A stretch of 64,000 nucleotides of DNA from Tubulanus polymorphus (lineage: Eukaryota; Animalia; Nemertea), in contig NC_134028.1 of NCBI RefSeq assembly GCF_964204645.1, positions 21,200,345-21,264,344 of the forward strand. The letters are read 5' to 3'. The notes under the pieces are model-generated. The model saw nothing but the letters and a program-made list of their open reading frames with translations, searched no databases and was not told the origin of the DNA. Position numbers and translations under genes: made by a program. Within the stretch, counting starts at the first letter, position 1; the number at the start of each line of letters is the position of its first letter. This document shows, piece after piece, positions 48,538 through 62,300 of the stretch.

Positions 48538-51094
48538 AGGGTAACTGACACTTTTTTAAAGATTTCCTACTTTTTACACTAAACGATATATTATAGTATA
48601 CAACAAGAAAATTAACTTTAATAAATTATTTGACGCCTGCGAAAAAATGTAGAATTTCTGGTATAAGCTAATGTGGAATTGCGAATTTGAAATCGAAGTT
48701 TTAAGAAATTTCGGGAATTATGAGATTTGGCGATTGGGTAGATGATACAGTCTTCGACTGGTCTAATTTTTAAAAAAATTGTCAACTTGTGACTTCGATT
48801 CACTTTTGCCTCTAAGCTGGTCTGCAACTTCATTGCCTCCATGGTTGAAGAAAGAGCTCTTCTGATGTCTGCTTCATCGTGACTTTGAGCATATAGCGTG
48901 TAGCCAGCCAGCCCGGTCCTGGGGCCCGGTCTGGCTGTCACTTGATATCCTAGACTTGAGTCTGGGTAGAAGTAGACATTGTCATATAATTAACTTATTC
49001 ATGTTATTCTGTATGGATTACCCGTGTGTCTTGTATTTTCTTATTTTAGAATTTGTAAATGTATTGATTTTTGGAATTTTATCCCGGAATTTCAATGTAA
49101 TAAGGATCAATAAAGTATTGAATTTAATTGTCACCTTATACACATGCCATCAGTGGACGCGGAGCCGTATATGACAGCTATGCTATTATAAATTGCTAAT
49201 CTCATGAAACCTGCATACGTCTAATATCGAACATATTTTCTAAAACATTTGAATATTGAAATTATATGTTTACACGTTTTTATATAGACCGCTTGTAGCC
49301 GCCGATGAAATTCACGCCGGCCCAACTCAGATCGTAGATAGCTTCGTCATTCCACTAGCATCCCCATGTCAGGGTCTGACTTTTATATCAGACTTCCAAA
49401 TCGTGTATACATCCGCCATTTAACCGAATAATCCGATTTACTTATCATTTCTATTTATCCCTGCCGCCCCTGATATAATCATACATCCTTTACTATTACA
49501 ATACGTCTTCTCATGATATTCAATGCGATATAACATTTCAACGTTCAAATAGAGGTCATTATATAATCCCAGGGAGCCATTCTACATCTTTATCGATAAT
49601 ATTTTGCCAAATAGCTTGTATGTGTACACATAAACCTGTGACGTTTTGCACATCGATTTACGGTTGTCGTTTGTAAAATGACGCTGAATGGTTATCATTG
49701 TTTCATAATGGTAACGTTTTATAAGGCGTCAAAAAAGGCTAGGTGATATCATAATTGGAAAAATCTTTTCAATCTAGTCAGAACTGATGATTCTGATGTT
49801 CGCGCACCTGTTCAGTGTATACATTGCTTCTGCTGAACGCGTGGTACTGTGTCTATTAATAGAACTACGTCGGCTCGCAATATTATGATGTCTATAGAAA
49901 TGAATAGGAAATAAGCTTTTACAAGAGCAATTCAACTTAATTTTATACCTATTTGGCATTCGAATCGAGACAAAATGCCTCTTGATTTTGAAAGTCAACA
50001 TATTAATGATTATAATTAGCTGTTGAACGGACCATATCCGTTCAAACTTAAACTCAAAAATAGGATTTGAATAGCAATCCATATCATTTTCTAGTAGACA
50101 GCGAGGAACACGAATGTTTAAATCATCGTTTTGTATTATCATTTAGTGATAGTAAGTAAGATCAAGGTTAGATCTAAGAATATTTTGACTTATGAACTGA
50201 TGAAACTTAGACAGAATTAGCCGCAAGAACAATTTCAATTCTTTACTTGAAATATACCTCGAATTGGTAGCGGCTTTGGTCACAAAATTAGAATATTTCC
50301 TCATCCATCCTATTTTAAAACTTAGAAATAATGTTTGTGAAGGATTTGTAACTTAATCTATCAAAACTCTTCTGCAGCGTGAAACTTTAATCGAAAAACA
50401 TTATTCCTTTGAATATTTGTTGTAAAGGCTGTAGAAATTTATGAAAGTTTTTGTAGAGTTTTGAAGTGTTAGTTTTCAAACTACTTAGTCTTAAATTACT
50501 ATGAAAAAAGTAAATAGTAAACGAATATGAATCTATTTATTCTTTAGCGAGATCGAAATCTGTGATCGCTTATAAGACACTGTGCTTGTGGTGCTGAACT
50601 AAAGGTGAACTATGGAGCAGCAGTAACAGTGCTGAGAGCTTAGCATAGTGTACTTTAATAGCTTCATAGCAGCAGATTGAAATCTGCATCTTCAATTTGA
50701 TCGATTTAGCCTATTCAAATTACTCATTGATTCTTTGAAATAGGTTTATGCAATAGACAATAGATCCTTTTACCTCCCTGGCCAGTTTCAAAGCTGTAAA
50801 ACAATCTGGCATTGAGATATAACAGAAAATACACGCAGTTTCCTCAAAATTCAACGCATTTCTATAGACGCTATTTCTCAGCTCTGCCTGTAATGACGTT
50901 GCAGCGCGCACCTGCTAATTTAGCCGACGCTGAACAGTAAGCGATGTAAACAACGAAATGAGGTCAAAAATCTTGTTACAAAATCACAAATTGCGCGTAA
51001 ACTAAACATTTTGGAACAGAACGGTTGAATATGAGTGTATAGATCAATAGAATACATCATATTTTGAAATTTAAAAAAAAGTGTCAGTTACCCT
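48538..51094. mobile_element. Non-autonomous Kolobok-like DNA transposon carrying a copy of local sequence
   Basis: TIR AGGGTAACTGACACTTTTTT; flanks TTTA (48534-48537) and TTAA (51095-51098); empty site ATCG-TTAA-ATC near 39750; no transposase ORF seen. Confidence 0.8.
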
Positions 51095-54000
51095 TTAAAT
51101 CAGCCTTAATGAATGTGTACTCCAATTCATGCGTCAATGGTAACCTAGATTGCACTCCCAAAAATTAAATCTTGTCTTCACTTTATTCCTGGTCTTGATA
51201 CAAAAGACAATTCGAGCGTTACAGTGCATAAAAAAGAACGAAATTTTTTACGACGTACAGTACACATAAATATTGATTTACATGTGACCACAAGATACTA
51301 ATAGGGAATCAAATGAAAAGTCTCACGATTTTACCAACAAAATACACAGTTTGACTTAATCCGTCGCAGAAACTTGCAGTACCTATTTTCAATTTGAAAG
51401 CAGACCTTAATGAGGACTGTGCTTCGATAACCATCGAAAGATCAAGAATAGATATTTCGTTAGACGTGAGCTCGTTAGATAATAATAATAATAATGTAAA
51501 TAATATTAATTACGATAATAATAATGATCTTCATCAATTAGATCAAATACAAAATAACAAATAGATTACATGAAATAATTCGAGGATTGTTGATAGGGGC
51601 CTGAACAGAGCCATCAAGGCTGTACAATCAGTAAGACGTGCATGCCCCTGATATCGAATCGTTCGAATTTACAGTGTTGGATCTATTTCAAAACACCCGC
51701 GAATTAACAGGCCAATGGGGTATCGGCACAAAACAGATGGCGCTACAATACAGGTATATGCAGTGAAAATGAGTTCATTTTCAATGTTTGACTTTGAACT
51801 GGATTTTAGGCTCCCAAATGGAAATGTTGTGAAATAAGTCGTCAAATAGATATAAGATTGACATTGCCAATAAATGTATGGTATAGTTTCATTGGAAATT
51901 GATTTGCAAATGAGAAAAATTGACTCGAATTTAATTGAAATGTAGAAGAAATAGTAGCGCGGTAACCGAGTAAACACGAGCGAACCTAGTGGATCCTCAC
52001 CTACCATACATGGAATCCTCGATTGCCACAGTAGCGTTGCCGGTACCCCCTTTATTGTGAAATTCATAAGATATAGCTATGAAAATAGCGTTATTAAGAA
52101 TCGTAAAAAACCCGAAGGGGCGAAGATATCAATCAACGAGGATTAGAAATTATTGGAAAATTGTTCATCATTTACGAAGGCAGCTACTCGCGAAGAATAA
52201 CCCACCGGGCACTCGATGAATGATCGTGAAATTTTACATGTAAAATATGTAGGTTTTGCAAGGGCATTGTGTTCGGCGTAATTCGTAAAAAATTAATACA
52301 ATAGAAAATTTACTGTTCCTTTAGCGAAGATCCGTGATCAAATATGAAAGAAACTTATTTTTATGCGAAACAAACAGGGATTATTGATAACAATTGGAAG
52401 CGTGATGGATTATTGGAAGTAGTTTTTCTGTTATTAAAGATCGTGGACAGAAACAAATTCTACAATGGACACATTAATCTCTCAAGGTTTCGATAGTTAT
52501 GTATACTCGAAATCTGTTCCCGACAGTATGGACTTCTCATAATATTAACTCAATACGGATTTGGAAATACGAGTATTAAGAAACAAGAAAATTAATTTTA
52601 ATAAATTATTTGACGCCTGCGAAAAAAAATGTAGAATTTCTGGGATAAGCTAATGTGGAATTGCGAATTTGAAATCGAAGTTTTAAGAAATTTGGGGAAT
52701 TATGAGGTTTGGCGATTGGGTAGATGATACAGGTCTTCGACTGGTCTAATTAAAAAAAAATTGTCAACTTGCGACCGACTTCGATTTACTTTTGCCTCTA
52801 AGCTGGTCTGCAACTTCATTGCCTCCATGGTTGAAGAAAGGGCTCTTCTGATGTCTGCTTCATCATGACTTCGAGCGTATCGTGTAGCCAGCCGGCCCGG
52901 TCCCCGGGGCCCGGTTTGGTTGTCACTCGATATCCTAGTCTTGAGTCTGGGTTGAAGTAGACATTGTCATTTAAATAACTTATTTATGTTATTCTGTATG
53001 AATTACCCATGTGTCTTGTATTTTGTATTTTCTTATTCTAAAATTTGTAACTTCATTGAATTTGGGAATTTTATCCCGGAATTTCATTGTAATAAGGATC
53101 AATAAAAAATTGAATTGAATTGTCACCTAATACACATGCCATCAGTGGACGCGGAGCCGTATATGACAGCTTTGCTTTATAAATTGCTAATCTCATGAAA
53201 CCTGCATACCCTAATATCGAACATATTTTCTAAAACATTTGAATATTGAAATTATATGTTTACACGTATTTATATTGACAGCTTGTAGCCGCCGATGAAA
53301 TTCACGCCGGCCCTACACAGATCGTAGATAGCTTCGTCATTCCACCAGTATCCCCATGTCAGGGTCTTACTTTTATATCAGACTTCCACATCGCGTACAT
53401 ACATCCACCATTTTGACCGAACAATCCGATTTACTTATCATTTCTATTTATGCCTGCCGCTTCTGATTTAACCATACATCCATTACTATTACAATACATC
53501 TTCTCATGATATTCAATGCAATATAACATTTTGACGTTCAAGTAGGGCTCGTTAGATAATCACAGGAAGCATTCTACATCTTTGTCAATGATATTTTGCC
53601 AAATAGCTTTGACCTGTGACGTCTTGCACATCGATTTACGGTTGTCGTTTGTAAAATGACGCTGAATGGTTAACATTGTTTAGGTTTCATAATGGTTACG
53701 TTTAATAAGGCGTCAAAAAGGGGCGATTTATATACAACATCCGATCCATAAAGACTGCGCCACCTAGTGCCCGTTATTCCTAATCGGAAACGCGTTTATA
53801 CTGGAAAACCAAACTCAAAGCAGTTCCGAATTGATAATCACGGTAGTAGGCCTAGATTGAAACCCGAGCACCAATAGTACGTACCTCAAATCGTACTTAA
53901 ATCCGCATATAATGTGTGCGAGGAATTGTTCTCGTGCAAGGGCGATGAATCGACGCTGCCGACGCGGATATACTTAATTTTTTCCCATGCACAAGGATCT

Positions 54001-54217
54001 CATCACTACCCGCGGTTAGCCAATAAACCAAATAAAGAGCCCCGAGTGAAGGCTTCGCTAAAGCGAAATTAATACGAATCTATGACGTAGATTATATTCA
54101 CTTTTGAATCGTTAGAAACATTTCGGCGTTGCTTTAAGTTTATTACGAGTCGGGAACTATTTACGGACCGAGGGAGCAGTAATTTTACATTAATTCAACG
54201 TGGTACGCCTTCGATGC

Positions 54218-55155
54218 TTTTTTATTTTTGTCTATTTTATTTATTATCATAGTGACATGTACATTATATTTGAAAATAAACAGAATATAAAGGTTTGGTA
54301 CCCAGCCCTAATTTAGACTTATAAGTCACTTTATACTAACGCATGACATAATATTACGAATATACATATATCTACACATGTATATACATGTAAACATACA
54401 TATATACATACATACACATGCATACATACACATGCACATACACACAAATGTATTAAGATATTTCTACAAAAAATAAATGGTTACAAAATTGGGTTCAAAA
54501 GTAAATTTCTTTTTGACCATGCAGCAAGGAGAAAGTTTCATAGGTTAGTAGATCTTTGAGAAACATATGCTTAGTTATTCTTGTATTTGGCATAGATATC
54601 ATTTGAGTCCAAATCGTATCTGATGTTTGAAACGTTTATATTTACACGGTAACTACCCCATATCCCCATACAGAAAGGGTAACGGCGTTAACGGATTTAC
54701 TCCGAAAAATATCTACAGGCTCTATACTGAACGCACTCAACCATATCGGACTCTTTCGATCCCCAAGTCTCAGCTCCATAACTAATGACTGAACCAACAC
54801 CTGTTTCAAATAATTTAGTAAAAGTTTAATAACCAATGTTTTTGATCTGTTTAAATTTACTTATAATTCTGCCAAGAACTTTTCAACCAGCAGATGCTAG
54901 TCCTTCACAGTGCTATTTGAAATTTAAATGGGAATCTAGATATACACCTAAATATTTATAGGATTCGACCTTGTTTATTTCTTGTTGGTTTCTTCCGATG
55001 TTGCCTAGAATTTACGATGTTGGATTTTCATGTGTTAATTGAAAGAAGCCATTTGCTACACCACTGGGAAGTTTTATCAAACAAATTTTGTAACTCCTCT
55101 TCCGAGTTGGCGAACAGCACAATGTCGTCAGCGTAGGCTAAAACATTAGCTTTAT
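54218..55155 (-). mobile_element. Decayed LINE RT fragment (RTE-X/L2-like)
   Basis: NVLAYADDIVLFANSEEELQ...WCSKWLLSIN, then frameshifted YGAETWG; A-rich tail near 54218-54250. Confidence 0.85.
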
Positions 55156-55971
55156 GGAACGAAATGCTCCTTGAAATTTTTCAAAAAATCGAAACATATT
55201 CGTCGATTTCTCTCAAATGAAGGCGATATCAAAAATTCCATTTCCAACAGATTTGAGCCGTGCGATTTCGCACAGGCATCGTTGATTGCATGGCATTAAA
55301 AGTTCTAACCACATTTGTTAAACAAAATTTACATTTTTCGAACCATAACAACGTTACGGAAAATGTACCGCCACCTAAAACCCACAAACATTGTGATTAT
55401 ATCTGCAGTGAATTTCCTGTGATAGTGTTGTTTTAAAATATGGCATCTCAGAGCGCTAGACGGCTTTCAGATGAGTTAGTGTATACTCGAACAAAATTAC
55501 TTCCAATAGTTTCTAGCGTACGAAAACAATTTTGAATCGTGGATTTCAATAGTAGCCTATTATATATGGTCTGACTAGTGTGAATATTAACAAATCGCGA
55601 ATTCAATTCATTTCGAAATATCTCAGTATCTGTTACAACTATATATTTCCCATTTTCCAGAGGTTTAAAGCTCATTATACTCAATCTGCGTTTGAATGTT
55701 TAGAATACTTTTCCTAGAGACAAATCTTTAAACGCTTGAGTTTGAAATTTTGCACCAGAGGGATTTCCCACTGCGCACCGCCATTTTAATGGAAATGGAG
55801 GTTCATTCGCATTTTCCCGAATGGGTAAATACGAATGAAAAAGAAACTACCTGGGTAGGCCATGGAAAAGGGGGGAAAGGGGGAACAAACCAAAGAATCT
55901 GTCAGTCATAGTGAACTTTGGTTCAGCACAATGGCGTTTTATTAGCTGGAATTAAAAAGCGAATATTTATG

Positions 55972-58900
55972 TGTTATGGTGGTGTTTCCACTATTTGTTG
56001 TGGTTCTCCAGCAATTGCTGCTGAATGTCTACCAGTCTCCTTATCAATCTTTATTTTCTCTTAAGGGATGTATACATTCTATCTATACAGCTCTTGCTTT
56101 TCTTTTCTTCTGACTACAATCTCTTCCCAAAGCTTAACTAAGACTCCTTCTTTCTAAAACTCCCAAAACGGCAGAAATTACTCGTGAGAACAAACTTTGC
56201 TACCTGGTGGGGGACTTTAATATAGATCTCATGAAATATGATAAGCACAAAGATACTGAAATATTTCTCGAATCTTTATTTTCTCATTCTTTTTCACCTT
56301 TGATTGACAAGCAAACTCGAGTAACTTGTGACTCGGCATCCTTAATTGACAATATTTTTTGTAACGATTTGCGACATGTTCACAAATCTGGGATTTTTAT
56401 GACCGACCTTTCGGATCATTACCCAATATTTACTATCTGCAGTGGTGATCAGCCTCTGTCTGACAGACAACCTTTTAAAACTAGAATTTTCTCGCAGCGC
56501 AATATTTCTAATTTCAACAGATTACTAATGAATATTAACTGGAGTGAAGTGTATTCATCTGATAATCCCTCAGTTGCTTACACTACTTTCATTGAAAAAG
56601 TTTCTTTAGTTTTCAATCAAGTTTTCCCTCTGGTACCAGTTAATCATATTAATCCCTCATTCCATAAACCATGGATAACTCCTGGTATTATCGCAGCAAT
56701 TAAAACAAAAAACAACCTTTATAGGAAATTTATTAGAACACGTTCAGAAAAAATAAAATCAAAATACAACTCGTACAAAAATCTCATTTCAAAGCTTATT
56801 AACAAAGCCGAATCTAATTATTATTCTGAAAAATTGCTCGCTGCTGGGAATGATATGAAAGAAAAGTGGAAACTGTTGAACACAGTTTTAGGTAGAAACA
56901 TTTATTCTAAAATGCCTAATTCTTTTACTTCTGATCAACGTGTTATTTCTGGTAATATAAACATCGCCAACGAGTTTAACAATTTTTTTGCAAATATTGG
57001 TGAAAGGCTTGCTACTCAAATCCCTGATACAGGGCAATCCTTTCATCAATATATGAATAAACGTGTCAATGAAAGTCTATTTCTCTTTCCGACTTCACCT
57101 CATGAAATAAGTGATGTGGTCTCGGGTTTCCCCTTAAAGAAGAGTGCCGGTGTCGATGGTTTCAGTATTTTTGTTATAAAACAGGTGATTGACATCATTA
57201 AGTTCCCTTTATCCCATATCTTTAACCGTAGTCTTCAGACTGGAATAGTTCCCAATGAACTCAAAATTGCGAAAGTTTGTCCTTTGTTTAAATCCGGAGC
57301 CCCTAATTCTTTAAATAATTATCGACCCATATCTTTGCTTCCTAGCTTCTCAAAAATTCTGGAAAAAACTAGTTTACAACAGATTGGTTTCCTTTTGTAA
57401 CAAACAGGATATTGTAATCCCCGACCAGTTTGGCTTTCGTTCAAAACATTCAACAGATTTGGCATTAACCAAGGTTGTTGATAATCTTTCTGAAGCCTTG
57501 GAAAATAAGAATATTACTATTGGATTATTCTTGGACCTGTCTAAGGCATTAGACACCGTTAACCATGACATTTTGTTAATGAAGCTTGATTATTACGGAA
57601 TCCGAGGTGTTCCTCATGATTGGTTTAAAAGCTACCTGACTGACAGGAGTCAAGTTTTAAGTTTCAACAATACCTTATCGTCTCCATTAGATATATCAAT
57701 TGGTGTACCCCAGGGTTCTATTCTAGGCCCTTTGCTCTTTTTATTATACGTTAACGATTGTGTTAATGCGTCCAAATTACTCCATTTTATCCTCTTTGCC
57801 GATGACAGGAATTGTTTTTATAGTAACTCAAATATCAAAGAATTGGTTTCCATAGTAAATTCTGAACTGGCGAATCTTGGCATCTGGTATCAAGTAAACA
57901 AACTTTCAATAAATATTGCGAAATGCCACTTTATGATTTTTGGTCGTGTAGATCACTTTAATTCTTCCATTTGGTTAAATGGAGAATTAATCAAACGTGT
58001 ACATAGTACGAATTTTCTTGGTCTTTTTATAGATGACAAATTAAATTGGGATGTCCATATCAAATATGTCTGCAGTAAAGTGTCACGCTCCATTGGAATT
58101 TTAACCAGATTAAAAAAGCATTTCCCATCAAATATCCTTATTACCATTTATTATAGTTTTGTTTATCCTCATTTACAATATTGTAATTTAATCTGGGTAA
58201 GTAATTATGCAAACAAGCTTAATCCACTAATTTTACTACAAAAAAAGAGCAGTAAGAATAGTTAATAAGTCTCATTTCCTAGAACACACTGACCCTATCT
58301 TCAAGAAATTGAATATCCAAAAATTTAGACATATTACAAAATTTCAATTAAGTCTTTTTATGTTCAAATTCAGTAATTCAAAATTGCCAAATTCCTTTAA
58401 TCGGTATTTCAAAAAGAATGTTGATATACACTCGTATTCAACCAGAAATATGAATTCTTTTCGTGTTGCCAGATTTCGGACTAACAAAACACAATTCACA
58501 GTAAAAATTTCTGGTCCTGTTGTCTGGAATAATTTGCCAAAAAGTTTAAAACAACTGTCGTGTATAGATACTTTCAAAAGAAAACTTAAATTGTATCTAA
58601 TGAATTTGTAATTAACCTGTCTGTATCTGTCATCTATTACCAGATTGTAAGAGTGAATGAAAGATAGTGTGATTGACCGCCTGAGTGACTACGTGTGTGG
58701 GTGCATGTTGGGTGAAGGTGTATGACTGCATGTGTGTATGAGTTGAGTGAATCGGTGTATGCTAGGGGATTAGAGATTTTATAAGCCTTCATTGGCTTCA
58801 TTTTATCTCCTCCACATTATATTAAAACATTTCATATTTGTATATCTCTTTATGACATGTTGTAATTTTATTGTGGAAATAAATTTATTATTATTAAAAC

Positions 58901-59272
58901 CCCTACAGCCTCTAAAACCCTCCTTAACTATAAACTCTCCCATTTTACGTTATTTTACTGTTTAGTAACTTGCGAGGCCCTTTACCACACATGGTTGTCC
59001 ACCGCACCATGTATAGAGTGTTTACATAGAACACACGCCATACGAAATATTAGAAAACACCTTATGCACACGCCGAAGCTCATGGTCGTACCATGTTAAG
59101 GTTTCCCTACGCGGAAACATACGGCACGCCCAGGCATGTTTATTTACATTACTTTTATTTATTGTTTATGTGTGACGCAAATATCAACGCAGGTTGTTTG
59201 GTAATAGCAACACTGGCCATGAACTACAGCTTCCGTACTAAACTGTCTAAACTACCAAACTACCACCCAACA
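55972..59272 (-). mobile_element. Solo LTR (about 0.58 kb, Gypsy-like) split by a LINE insertion
   Basis: TG...CA ends with imperfect inverted termini TGTTATGGTGGT / ACCACCCAACA; 4-bp TSD TATG (55968-55971, 59273-59276); minus-strand AATAAA near 56050; flanks rejoin to match copy-1 3' region 34255-34370. Confidence 0.7.
56170..58895 (+). mobile_element. 5'-truncated CR1/L2-clade LINE (ORF2 EN+RT, two frameshifts)
   Basis: GDFNID, SLIDNIF, SDHYPIF; NYRPISLL, QFGFR, FLDLSKALDTV, GVPQGSILGP, FADD across ORFs 56207-57400, 57384-58265, 58309-58611; AATAAA+(TTA)n tail; AAAAC at both ends. Confidence 0.95.
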
Positions 59273-59366
59273 TATGTAACAAGGAGTTCGGCAGGGAATC
59301 GATTCGATGATTTGTTCCTCTCTTATCTATGTGGCAGTACTCGTGTCGCCATCTGGCACGAGTTTG

Positions 59367-62300
59367 TCATTCTTGTTGTTTATCGTCGTATTCGCGTAGC
59401 GCGTCTTTCAAGTTTTTGCCGTTAGTTTCTGGCAGCCAGAAGAGCACAAAGATAGCTGAGGTTATTGCAAGGAATGCATAGAATACGTACGGTATCATCC
59501 AGTGACTGATTAAACCCTGGAATATAAACAACACCACATCTATCCCGTTTATGTTACGAATCCCTGAAGTGACACGGCGAAGAATATAGATTTTTCGTCA
59601 CGATGAATTGTTCCTGTTCAGCGGCGAATTCTGGGAGGGATTTCTCCGTTCCCAAGAAAGATACATGGGGCTTCATAAGTGATCTAGTTATTGTGAATGA
59701 ATGTATCTAACTGAAATATTAAAAACAAGCCCACGGTGAAGCAACACTGTGCTTGGATATTTAGATTTACCAGATACGCAATCTGCGGAGCGGCAATACC
59801 CGCGACTCTTGCACCCATACTACCAGCCGCAAGACCGATGTTCCTATAAAACGAGAAAAAATATAGTGATCTCCCGTGCGTATTGAGACCAGGGCAACCA
59901 CCGATGAGGTGTTTTCCAGATCCCAGTGCCCATGGGGTCTACAACAGAACATGAAGATAAATATGCATTATTGGAGGAGTGCCCCATATGTAGGTGAACC
60001 GGGATTACTTAAGAGGGAATAGGTAAGATGTTGACCTTATGACGGTTGCATAAATTTCTGCGGAATATATTGATGCCAATGACCAACACGCTGTTATTCC
60101 TCCGTTACCAATAAGCACCAATACCGTCGTCAATATTCCGAGTTCTTCTTTCTTGTTCAGTGCTCCGATTATAACCACTGCTACCATGCAAGTAATTGGT
60201 ATTAGCATGTAAAAGAAAAACGACCGTCGCCGACCAAACCTAAGATTTAGAATTCAAAAGTTAACGATTGATCAGTAAGCGAGATATCTAGACACCATTG
60301 TACGTACCATAGAATAACCCCACCATTTGAAAATATATTTATACTTCAAGATTGTGAATTTGTCCACGATACAAGCTTTGGATCACCATTTTTTGTATTT
60401 CAGTGTCGTCATATCCTTTTTAAGTAAAAATTGCAACTGAATGTGCTAACAACAGACACTGAATAGGACCAGGGACCAGTCACACAGTCCTGCATTATGT
60501 CTGGAAACAGTCTTTGGTTCATTGGTTGTAATACAAAAAATGATCTTAGACTGGCCTTGTATCGAAGCCATGACTGCAACAGAGTCCTGGGTTCGAAAGT
60601 GTTCTTGAGAGTTGCCTTAAACGTCATAGATTGGCTACAGAAGATACCGTTTAGATTGATCTTACACCTACGTAAGCTATTAGGGATCTGGCCCTTCCGA
60701 TTTTACCTGTTTGCAACAAAAATGACACTCCATTCAGCAGGTATGGTTAGAAACGAACCAGCGACAACGTTTACAAAAACAGTTCCTTCAAATGTGCTGT
60801 ACATAGTACTAACACCGTAGTTAATAGCGGCACAAGAAAACCTAACAGAAACGAAAAAACAACATTATAAAATCTCGTTGAAATAAAAAATATAATTACA
60901 GTAAACGTAAAGAGAGATTTTACTAAAGATACGAGCTTTTGCTACGAGTTGGAGTATAGTAGTATCATCGGGTAAATGAGTAGAGTCAATGGATAAACAA
61001 CAGTTGATTTTACTCATATAGCACTAACAGTCCTCGCATTTTTACTGATCTGACACCGGGCTAACACGAATCTTCTATAACTCTATATAAATGAAAATGG
61101 CGTTTAGATGTCATTACCAGCAGTAAATGATAACACATGTTTGAATAGCTAATTCTCTCGTCTTAAATAAATCGAGATATCCATGTTTTCTGTTTTTCTC
61201 TTGTTCTCTGCAATCTTTAGCGGCAATAAGACGAAGTAAATTTGAATCTGGAATGCCGGTTTTATTCGTTCTGGCCATCCAAACGATAATTTCTTCGGCT
61301 TCTTTAAATCGACCTTTCATTGCCAACCAGCGAACGCTCTCAGGAACCCAACTAAAACATGAAAACAAACGCAATACCGAAGATATCATGATTATGAAAA
61401 TTATTGATTTTAATTAATTAAGTCGCATTATAACGAAAATAGTGATTATCCACTCTCATTAACATTGTCCGCCGGCGGACATTTTGAATTTCTCCTTAAC
61501 ACCATGCAGCCTTTGATGTTCCTGAAGCTTTGCGTATGACTTGAGGGTCATAATGCGTGTCTATCCCTATAGGGAGAGGGAGAGGGAGATAGAGGGAGAT
61601 AGAGGGAGATAGAGGGAGATAGAGGGAGATAACTTACAGAACGATAGCAGGAATAAGAGGTATCCCGAATGAAGCGGTTATGAATGCTGTATGACGCCAG
61701 TCACGGGTCAAATAGGCTACAACTGCGGCCAATGAGGAGCCGACTCCAAACAAAACAAAACCTGCGCAAAACGTCCGCCATTTTTTACCAACAAACTCTA
61801 GTGGGAGTGTGAAACAGATGGTCACAGGGCCACCTGAAGAAGATGAGAATGAAGTACAAACAGTATTTCTCTTGATATAAACTCGCTGGTAATCGAGTCA
61901 ATGGACCTACCGCTAAAGAAACCACTCAAAATACGAACAATAACATACATGATCCAACTACTTGAAAATCCAACTACTATCTGCGTAACTATCATCAAAC
62001 AGGCGAACACTATCAATGTCTTCTTGCGACCGATCCAGTCAGCGAAATATCCAGACGCCATCGTACCGAAAAATAACCCGACCATTTGCAGACTTATTGC
62101 AAGTTTTGGGATGTAACTCATGTCACAAACGAGATCGAACTACAAGTAAAAAATGAACGATAATCAATTGAAAGTCTGTGATATGATGACAAATATGATG
62201 ATCATGTTTATGATAGATATAAAGAAATAGCTAACGACAAGTTACCTACTATTCCAATGTGCGTAAATAAATTCTGAATTCGAAAAAATTCGATTGAATT

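Larger units (their letters stand above)
34851..54876. repeat. Tandem segmental duplication (unit 1 34851-43535; unit 2 43533-54876)
   Basis: Near-identical blocks 34855-38200 vs 43536-46870 and 39755-43533 vs 51099-54872; junction joins a LINE fragment to SLC22 intron 7. Confidence 0.92.
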
